In this document: one piece after another, positions 1-7,027 of the stretch
Numbering within the stretch: position 1 is the stretch's first letter
Layout of the letters: each line of letters opens with the position of its first letter
From: a virus
Taxonomy: Duplodnaviria > Caudoviricetes
Virus record (IMG/VR): IMGVR_UViG_3300046786_000770
Span: 1 to 24,261 of that record
Strand: one strand, 5' to 3'
DNA length: 24,261 nt
Notes under the pieces: generated by a model
Told to the model about the DNA's origin: nothing
What the model saw: the letters and a program-made list of their open reading frames with translations, nothing else
Database searches by the model: none
Made by a program: the position numbers and the translations under genes

Positions 1-10
1 ACCGACAGCC

Positions 11-3000
11 ATGAAAGAGTACATGATGGATGGCTACGAGAATGGTAGCTTTAAAGACTTCAATGATTTTTGGTCACGCATGTCTGCGATCACTCTTGAA
101 ACTGCAAAATCAGCAACCGTTGGGGTTGCAACCGAAATGACTGCGGGGCTTATTAACCCTGCTACAGTAAAGATAGCAGAAAAATTTGCATCACCTCTTG
201 CGAAGAAAGTAGCCGATGAACTGGCAAAAGTAACAGTTATGTCTACTGTAGGAAGCGCACTAGAGGGTGAAATGCCGACCGCTAAAGGCACTACGGAAGC
301 CGCGATAATGGTAGGCATGTTTCACTCTGTCGGCCCAATCAAAAGAAAAGTGATGAAAACTTTCATTGATAAGAACGTTTCACCAAGCCAAGTCGCGCTC
401 GACAGTGAAAAGAACCCCGCTATTAAACAAGATTTACACGCAACCAATAAAGATATTCCAGACGCTTATAATGAAAGACCGGTAGATAAAGCGGCAACCG
501 AAGCACTTGGTAAACCTCTTGACCCAATGTTCACTGAAGAGGAAATCAGAAGTCAGCCACCGGAAGTTAAAATCGGAAAAGATTTAGAAGTTGAAACAAA
601 ACCCGTCGAAGTAAAACCTTTAACCGAAGGGACTTCTTTTGAAGAATCGTTCGAGGCCATTCAATCACAGTTGGTTACTAAAGGCGGCGAGACGATAGCT
701 CAAAGAGCAAAAGCGGCTAAAGATTTTTTCGTTGATTCAATTGAGAACATGTATACGAGAGTGGTCGATCGGTTTGACCCAATGAAAGAAGCAAGAGACG
801 AATTACTAAAAAGAGGGTTAGTAGATACAGGAGTAGGTTCTTACAAACTCGCTAGACTTTCGCCGGATGCCAAAGCAAAGGCGCTGTTATTCGTGAAACA
901 TGAAACATTAGATTTTCACACTATGGAAAGAAGCGGAGAGGGTTTGAATGAAGCATTAAGCGGCATCCCTAAAAACGAAATGAGAATGTTTGATGCTTTC
1001 CTAGCAGCTAACCGCTCAGTAGAATTGCGCGCGAGAGGCATTAAGGATACTGGTTTTCCTGAAGGCCACGATGCAAACTACGTGAGTAAAGCCCCCGCGC
1101 ATTTTGTTGAAGCCGCAAAAAGAGTTACTGAATACAGAAATAGAAACTTAGATTATTTGGTTCAAGCCGGACTACTTGAGAAAGACGTAGCTCAGAAATT
1201 TAAAGACGAACATAAACTTTACGTACCGTTTAACCGTATCGTTGATATCAATAACGAAATTGCGATCAGCGGTAAAAAAGGTAAAAAAATAGGTAAGGAA
1301 TTAAAGGGAGCAAACGACTTAAAAACTCAAAGTCCACTTCAGGCGATTTCGCTCGACACTGCCACTTTCATGCAGTTGGCGGAAGCAAACCGCGCGCGTG
1401 TTGAAATGGTAATGGAGCAGGAGTCGGTCGGAGGCAAAAACCCTCTCCTATACAGAGTTAAAACACCGGGAAAAATTGTAGTGACCAAAGAGATGGCAGA
1501 AATGCTAAACACACTTGGTATCCCGACTGAATCAGGAGAGGCATTTGAATTTACTCGCCGTAATACTGAATTAAAAGAAAACCAATTTGAAATCTACCGC
1601 GAAGGACAACGAGAAGTGTGGGAAACTGCGGACCCTGAACTTGCCAAATCCCTTAAAGCCATAGACGGGGAACCCGGCATGAGAAATGTCATAATAAAGG
1701 TCGCATCCTCTATATCAAATATGGTTAGGGGTACAACGTCTGTTACTCCTGATTTCATCTTGCGAAACTTTTTCGGCGACCAATTGGCGGCACAGATTTT
1801 AAGTAAACACCACGGCGCTCAGATACCTCATACGTTTCAAGCCCTCGGCGACTTAATGGGTAAAGAACATTCAGAGGTTTGGAAACAATTTTTAAAATCC
1901 GGCGCGGCTGGAGGGTCTATGGTGGATTTAAACGCCCATTATTTTGACAAAGAAATATATAAGCTCCAAACAGAAACCGGTTTCATGGATGCCACATGGA
2001 ACGTGATCAAAACACCTTTCAAAGCGATGGAAGCAATTTCATCCACTCTTGAGCAATCCACTCGTTTAGCTGAATTTAAACGCACTACCCAAGGTGATTA
2101 CTCTATCAATAAATTATTTGAGGCCGGATTTAACGCAAGAGAGGTAACAGTAGATTTTCAACGAAGAGGTTCGGCAGTGAGTGTTTTAAACTCAATCACT
2201 GCTTTCCAAAATGCGGGCATTCAAGGTTTAGATAGATCGGTTCGAGCGTTCAATGAAAACAAAGGGAAGTTTACCGCGATGGCGGGCCTCACTGTTACCG
2301 CACCTACACTTCTTAACTACGCAGTAAATAAAGATGACCCAAGATACCGTGATGCCCCAGCTTGGCAGAGAGATATGTTTTGGGTAGTGCCGACTGATAA
2401 ATGGGTGAAACCAGACCCAAGCGATGACATTTCAAAACTACCGGCGTACTTAGTGAAAATAGGTGATGACGGAATGCCACTGGTAAACCGAGGTGTCACT
2501 TTCCGCATTCCAAAACCGCGTGAGATTGGGTTGGTTTTTGGTTCTCTCGTAGAGCGATCACTGGATTTGTTCTTTGAAAAGAACCCGGACGCTTTCAAAG
2601 GTTTCGCAAGTTCAGTTCTGGACGGTATCACTCCGCCGGTTGTCCCTAGCATAGCGACCCCTGTGGGTGAAACGTGGGCTAATAAAAATATGTTCACAGG
2701 CGACGCCATCGTTCCACATTCAAGCGAGCGTTTACTTCCAAGAGATAGATACAGCGAGTACACTTCAGAACTTGCTAAAAAAGTGAGTGTGATTTTAACA
2801 ACACATGTACCTGCACTTGAGCATAAAGACGTTGTGGCTCCGGCAGTAATTGATAACTGGATTGGTGACTGGACCGGCAACATGGGCCGCTACATTCTTT
2901 CCGGTATTGACTACGTACTGAAAGACAACGCTCCGGAGAAATCCACTGCGGACATTCCGTTCATTAAAGCTTTTCTTGTTCGTAACCCTTCAATGGGTGG

Positions 3001-3337
3001 CCGCATAATGCAGGACTTCAATGAACAAGTAAAAAATATCAATCAATATCAAGCATCTATTAGTAAGTTGGATAAAAGTCAAAATCCAGAAGACAGGATG
3101 AGAATGGCCGAAACTCAACAAAGACTTTTAAAAGAATACCCTGACTATAGGCGCATTCTTAACGCTTCGCAAGCAATACAAAATATGCGGCAGTTCGTTC
3201 ATAACGTTTACCTCACAACTAAAATGAACAAACATGAAAAGCGACAAGCAATCGACGGTACGTATTACCAAATGATCGAAATGGCAAGAGGTACTAAAAA
3301 ATCAACTTTACAGGGCGATGAAGAAAGCGAAGAATAA
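11..3337 (+). CDS. Large internal virion/ejection protein with C-terminal LPD38-like domain (probably 5' partial)
   Basis: 1108-aa ORF whose frame is open to the window edge. The C-terminal motifs AREVTVDFQRRG, FQNAGIQGLDR, DDPRY..APAWQRDMFW and FRIPKPREIG resemble LPD38. It lies directly upstream of the tail adaptor, as in podoviruses. Confidence 0.75.
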   Translation: MKEYMMDGYENGSFKDFNDFWSRMSAITLETAKSATVGVATEMTAGLINPATVKIAEKFASPLAKKVADELAKVTVMSTVGSALEGEMPTAKGTTEAAIMVGMFHSVGPIKRKVMKTFIDKNVSPSQVALDSEKNPAIKQDLHATNKDIPDAYNERPVDKAATEALGKPLDPMFTEEEIRSQPPEVKIGKDLEVETKPVEVKPLTEGTSFEESFEAIQSQLVTKGGETIAQRAKAAKDFFVDSIENMYTRVVDRFDPMKEARDELLKRGLVDTGVGSYKLARLSPDAKAKALLFVKHETLDFHTMERSGEGLNEALSGIPKNEMRMFDAFLAANRSVELRARGIKDTGFPEGHDANYVSKAPAHFVEAAKRVTEYRNRNLDYLVQAGLLEKDVAQKFKDEHKLYVPFNRIVDINNEIAISGKKGKKIGKELKGANDLKTQSPLQAISLDTATFMQLAEANRARVEMVMEQESVGGKNPLLYRVKTPGKIVVTKEMAEMLNTLGIPTESGEAFEFTRRNTELKENQFEIYREGQREVWETADPELAKSLKAIDGEPGMRNVIIKVASSISNMVRGTTSVTPDFILRNFFGDQLAAQILSKHHGAQIPHTFQALGDLMGKEHSEVWKQFLKSGAAGGSMVDLNAHYFDKEIYKLQTETGFMDATWNVIKTPFKAMEAISSTLEQSTRLAEFKRTTQGDYSINKLFEAGFNAREVTVDFQRRGSAVSVLNSITAFQNAGIQGLDRSVRAFNENKGKFTAMAGLTVTAPTLLNYAVNKDDPRYRDAPAWQRDMFWVVPTDKWVKPDPSDDISKLPAYLVKIGDDGMPLVNRGVTFRIPKPREIGLVFGSLVERSLDLFFEKNPDAFKGFASSVLDGITPPVVPSIATPVGETWANKNMFTGDAIVPHSSERLLPRDRYSEYTSELAKKVSVILTTHVPALEHKDVVAPAVIDNWIGDWTGNMGRYILSGIDYVLKDNAPEKSTADIPFIKAFLVRNPSMGGRIMQDFNEQVKNINQYQASISKLDKSQNPEDRMRMAETQQRLLKEYPDYRRILNASQAIQNMRQFVHNVYLTTKMNKHEKRQAIDGTYYQMIEMARGTKKSTLQGDEESEE

Positions 3338-3342
3338 AACTA

Positions 3343-4236
3343 ATGTCAGTGTCAACTAATCAAAATCGTTTTAGTAGCCTTGGGGATGGAGTGAATGATA
3401 CATTCAACTTCCCTTCCTATTTCAAATCTCAGCCCGACATTTTGGTGTTGGTCACTGATGACACAGGTATCGTGACCACAAAAGTTCTCGATGTTGATTA
3501 CAGTATCAACGGAACTCCGGTTGCAGGATTTGGTTACAAAAACGGAGCAGATATTGTTTTTGCGGTGGCTCCTTTGGCTACTGACACTGTAATTCTGATC
3601 AATGACCCGACTCCACTTCAGAACACTGTTCTCGCAGCATATTCAGCTTATCCACCACAAAAGATTGAATCAACACTCGATTCAATCATCCTAATCTTTC
3701 AAAGAGTGTACGACATGATGTTTTCTCGTACCGTTGTGATGAAAGATGGAATGGTAGACCCTTTCGACCCAACTTTACCGATTGATCTTGCGACCGTTGA
3801 TAATCAAGGAAAAGTGATGATCACTGACCCTGCGGGCAGTAACACTTTTGTAATGGGTCCGAGTGCTGATGATATTGAAAACGCTCAACAATATGCAGCG
3901 GACGCGGCAGCTTCGGCGGCAGCGGCTCTCGCAAGTGAGAACGTGGCAGTAGCGGCAGCGGTTCAAGCTACAGAAAGCGCGGCAGACGTTGCGGCATACA
4001 TCAGTGATTTTAACGAAGTGGATACTTCAGGCGGCGACGTGCCGGTTATACTTCCGCTTGCAATAGATGGAAAAAGAATCATATCTTACATAAATAAACT
4101 CGGTTCTGCGTTTAACATCGACGTTACACCTTCAGGTGGAGACACCATTCACGGTGACCCGAGCGACTCGTTAGGCACAGGCGAAGTTGGACAATATTGG
4201 AGCAATGGTACTGATACTTGGTACAGAATAAATTAA
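3343..4236 (+). CDS. Short tail fibre/adaptor with T7 gp17-like N-terminal tail-attachment domain
   Basis: The N-terminus GDGVNDTFNFP...DILVLV...LDVDYSING is typical of T7-type fibre anchors. An Ala-rich helical stalk follows (AADAAASAAAALASE), then a ~70-aa DTSGG...SNGT.W domain. No signal peptide. Confidence 0.75.
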   Translation: MSVSTNQNRFSSLGDGVNDTFNFPSYFKSQPDILVLVTDDTGIVTTKVLDVDYSINGTPVAGFGYKNGADIVFAVAPLATDTVILINDPTPLQNTVLAAYSAYPPQKIESTLDSIILIFQRVYDMMFSRTVVMKDGMVDPFDPTLPIDLATVDNQGKVMITDPAGSNTFVMGPSADDIENAQQYAADAAASAAAALASENVAVAAAVQATESAADVAAYISDFNEVDTSGGDVPVILPLAIDGKRIISYINKLGSAFNIDVTPSGGDTIHGDPSDSLGTGEVGQYWSNGTDTWYRIN

Positions 4237-4245
4237 GGAGAAACG

Positions 4246-5292
4246 ATGAGAAATTTAATTTTAGCAGTTTTGTTTTTGGTAGGGATGGATGCACAGGCAA
4301 GGGTAGCTTACGATGCGTACCGCATGGGCGCGACAGGTAACTTACCAACTTGGGGTAAGATTGATCTTGCCAACGGTACAACCGGAAGTGCGCCACTGGC
4401 TACTGATTTAGCAGGCGGACTTGGCGGACAAGTTTGCTACCAAAATGCAGTAAACGACACTGTGTTTTTGGCTAACGGAACTGCCGGACAAATTTTACAA
4501 AGTAACGGAACGACTCTCGCACCAAGTTGGGTGAGTGCTTCGGGCGGTACTGTAACTGCGGTATCGGTTGCTTCGGCTAACGGGTTTGCGGGTTCATCAA
4601 GTGGCGGAGCTACCCCCGCCCTAACTCTTTCAACTTCAATCACTGGTATGCTAAAAGGTAACGGAACTGCAATGAGTGCCGCTACAGCGGGAACTGATTA
4701 CAGTGATGGTACTTCTGCATTAGCTACTGGTATTTTGAAATCGACTACTACTACAGGTGCGTTAACGATTGCAGTAGCGGGTGACTTTCCAACTCTCAAT
4801 CAAGACACGACAGGAAAATCAGCTAGTACAGATGCATTAAAATCCGCTACTACTACAATCAACGTATCAAGTGCTACGGCTCCAACATCGGGTCAGGTTC
4901 TTACCGCTACTTCAGGAACCGCAGCGACTTGGCAAACGCCTTCAGGTGGCGGAGGAACCGCAAGTGTTAAATTTACTCTGGAAGGCGCAACCGTTCCTTA
5001 CACTTCTATTAACGGCCCTCACTATCAAACAACTACTCAGTCACTCACTACTGTAAATATTTCTGCACTTGATTCAGGTACTTCGGGTTCGACTACTGTC
5101 CAAGTGAATCAATACCGTTCAGGTTCTTTGCTAAGTTCTGCTACCGCTTCATTGTCTGCATCGTCTGGAAATCCAAGTGGTTCCGCAGCGGCATTAAGTG
5201 GTACTTTAAGTTTGTTGGCTGGTGACATTATTACCGTGGATGTTAACAGTGTTGCAGGTGGAAACCCATCTGAATTATCGGTAGAATATTAA
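4246..5292 (+). CDS. Tail-fibre-like Gly/Ser/Thr-rich protein with predicted Sec signal peptide
   Basis: SD AAGGAG. N-terminus MRNLILAVLFLVGMDAQA (basic, hydrophobic, AxA). Fibre-type motifs GTAGQILQSNGT..APSW, GTVTAVSV and GQVLTATSGTAATWQ. Confidence 0.7.
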   Translation: MRNLILAVLFLVGMDAQARVAYDAYRMGATGNLPTWGKIDLANGTTGSAPLATDLAGGLGGQVCYQNAVNDTVFLANGTAGQILQSNGTTLAPSWVSASGGTVTAVSVASANGFAGSSSGGATPALTLSTSITGMLKGNGTAMSAATAGTDYSDGTSALATGILKSTTTTGALTIAVAGDFPTLNQDTTGKSASTDALKSATTTINVSSATAPTSGQVLTATSGTAATWQTPSGGGGTASVKFTLEGATVPYTSINGPHYQTTTQSLTTVNISALDSGTSGSTTVQVNQYRSGSLLSSATASLSASSGNPSGSAAALSGTLSLLAGDIITVDVNSVAGGNPSELSVEY

Positions 5293-5313
5293 TAACGAAG
5301 GAGAAAGAAAAGT

Positions 5314-5841
5314 ATGAGAAATTTAATTAGTTTAGTTTTAGTTTTGTTTGCCACGAATGTTTTTGCGGCTACTGGTTCAGGAAACGTAAGTAACGTGTTA
5401 ACTCTTGGAGGGGTTTCTAACTTAGGAAATCTAGTAATACCAGAGGCAAACTCACAAGGGTATTTTGCTTTGTACACCTCTGGAGTAGCAATTACTTCTG
5501 GTAACGTAGCTCCACTATATAAGAATGGGGTTGCATACCAAGTTACTGCGGCTAAAACTTTTAAGACTACAAAAATTTGTGTAGCAAGTGGTGCAGCTCC
5601 CGTATTTAACTATCAGCTAATAACAGCAACAGCTTCTTTTGCAGCTAATGCGACTACGGCATCATTAACTGGTCCAGTCTATCAAAGTGGAGCGGCGGGA
5701 GGATATTCTCTCATGAACGCTGCTGCTGCGGGAGTATATACTTGTTTTGATGCTACTTTCGATATGGCAGCGTCAACATACGCTGGCTACCAATCAAACA
5801 GCACAAATAATTCTGTGATCGTTATAGGTAAAGAAATCTAA
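5314..5841 (+). CDS. Predicted exported beta-rich protein, function unknown
   Basis: SD AAGGAG. Signal peptide MRNLISLVLVLFATNVFA. 175 aa with two Cys. Confidence 0.7.
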   Translation: MRNLISLVLVLFATNVFAATGSGNVSNVLTLGGVSNLGNLVIPEANSQGYFALYTSGVAITSGNVAPLYKNGVAYQVTAAKTFKTTKICVASGAAPVFNYQLITATASFAANATTASLTGPVYQSGAAGGYSLMNAAAAGVYTCFDATFDMAASTYAGYQSNSTNNSVIVIGKEI

Positions 5842-5842
5842 T

Positions 5843-6007
5843 ATGAAAGTATTATTTTTGGCACTTTTAATATCGGTATCGGCGTGGGCACAAACTCCCA
5901 CGCCTTCACCTATACCCGCGCCTACTCCAAAACCTAAATCTGAGTTTTGTGGATTGAAATTTAGTGGGGCTGCGTACAAAGCGTGGGTGGCAGCTAACTG
6001 TAGATAG
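5843..6007 (+). CDS. Small exported Pro-rich peptide, 54 aa (not in ORF track)
   Basis: Hand translation: MKVLFLALLISVSAWAQTPTPSPIPAPTPKPKSEFCGLKFSGAAYKAWVAANCR. It starts 1 nt after the upstream stop and fills the gap up to the next SD. Confidence 0.75.
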   Translation: MKVLFLALLISVSAWAQTPTPSPIPAPTPKPKSEFCGLKFSGAAYKAWVAANCR

Positions 6008-6016
6008 GAGATCGTC

Positions 6017-6238
6017 ATGCAAGATGCCGTAACATTTTCGCAGTTTGTTAACTGGGTATTTTACGGTTTACTTGCTTACGTGGCTGTGGACATAATGAGA
6101 TCAATCAGAGAAGTGAAAGACAGCATTGCTACTCTGAATACACAAGTTGCTGTCGTAATTGCTCAAACTGAATCGCACAAAGAAGTCTTAGATAGACACG
6201 ATGAGCGCATTCACAGTTTAGAGGTAAAGGAAAAATAG
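6017..6238 (+). CDS. Single-TM plus coiled-coil membrane protein (holin/XhlA-like)
   Basis: SD AGGAG. TM segment FVNWVFYGLLAYVAV, followed by a heptad-like region ending HDERIHSLE. Confidence 0.55.
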   Translation: MQDAVTFSQFVNWVFYGLLAYVAVDIMRSIREVKDSIATLNTQVAVVIAQTESHKEVLDRHDERIHSLEVKEK

Positions 6239-6242
6239 TAGT

Positions 6243-6644
6243 ATGAAAAATTTTATCATGAAAAACCAACTGTCAATTTTCTTCGCATTCGCAGCCCTTA
6301 TCATCGGAGTGTTCTTGGGCCAAAACGTTTTTGCTCAAACCCCAGACAGCATTCCGACTGCGAGTGAATACCTTCAACTTTTTTCATCTTTACAGGGTAT
6401 TGGCGGTTTGAAAGCTGCCGGTATCATCACATTAATCGTGCAAGCGTTAATGTTAATCGTTCGCCAATTTGTTCAGGGTAAGTACAAATTGTTGATCGTG
6501 TCTGCTCTCACCCTAATCGGTGCGGCAGTGAGTGCGTATATCAGTGGTGGTAATTTTGCATCTGTGATGACTAACTCCGTTGTTTTAACTTCGGTGCAAG
6601 TTTTGGTTAACCAAATCTTCACTCAAATTAAAAAACCGGCGTAA
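6243..6644 (+). CDS. Multi-TM membrane protein with N-terminal signal peptide (holin-like)
   Basis: Signal-like N-terminus ending NVFA|Q, then 2-3 hydrophobic helices and a basic C-terminus (IKKPA). Alternative start at 6258. Confidence 0.55.
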   Translation: MKNFIMKNQLSIFFAFAALIIGVFLGQNVFAQTPDSIPTASEYLQLFSSLQGIGGLKAAGIITLIVQALMLIVRQFVQGKYKLLIVSALTLIGAAVSAYISGGNFASVMTNSVVLTSVQVLVNQIFTQIKKPA

Positions 6645-6662
6645 AACTTCACGGACGAATGA

Positions 6663-6692
6663 GGAGAGATCGGATTAAACTCTGATCTCTCC
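6663..6692 (+). promoter_or_regulatory. Intergenic RNA hairpin (12-bp stem, 6-nt loop)
   Basis: GGAGAGATCGGA-TTAAAC-TCTGATCTCTCC with one G:U pair on the plus-strand RNA. No downstream U-tract. Confidence 0.55.
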
Positions 6693-6718
6693 AACAAAAA
6701 GAAAAGGGGAAATACAAA

Positions 6719-7018
6719 ATGGCAGGACAAGGTACAGTATCAATTAAAGCTTATGAAAAACCACTTGGGTATGAACAGATTTTATCTGCAACTCTTGCGG
6801 CCCCTACTCAGTTAAACAAACCGGCTTACACAAAGGTTGCTTACGTTCAAGTCGAAGGCGGTCAAGTTCGTTACCGCGATGACGGCACTAACCCAACGGC
6901 GGCAGTCGGGATGCTTCTCGTAGATGGAGCATTTTTAGAATATGCGGGAGATTTATCCGCTCTAACTTTTCTCACCGAATCAGGGGCACCAAAACTTAAC
7001 GTATCTTATTACGAATAG
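6719..7018 (+). CDS. Small conserved phage protein, probably virion-associated
   Basis: The motif VRYRDDGTNPTAAVGM resembles small beta-rich proteins seen in phage structural regions. No signal peptide. Confidence 0.6.
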   Translation: MAGQGTVSIKAYEKPLGYEQILSATLAAPTQLNKPAYTKVAYVQVEGGQVRYRDDGTNPTAAVGMLLVDGAFLEYAGDLSALTFLTESGAPKLNVSYYE

Positions 7019-7027
7019 GAGATTAAA

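Noticed and set aside
2317-2883. 188-aa antisense ORF, and other shadow ORFs such as 34-318, 13018-13350, 16444-16755 and 18050-18406
   Set aside because: They lie opposite well-supported genes and show no motifs or SD.
5794-6018. 74-aa minus-strand ORF from the track
   Set aside because: It is the antisense shadow of the plus-strand 54-aa signal-peptide gene at 5843-6007, which fits the operon.
6663-6692. Rho-independent terminator
   Set aside because: No U-tract follows the stem on either strand, so it is kept only as a hairpin.
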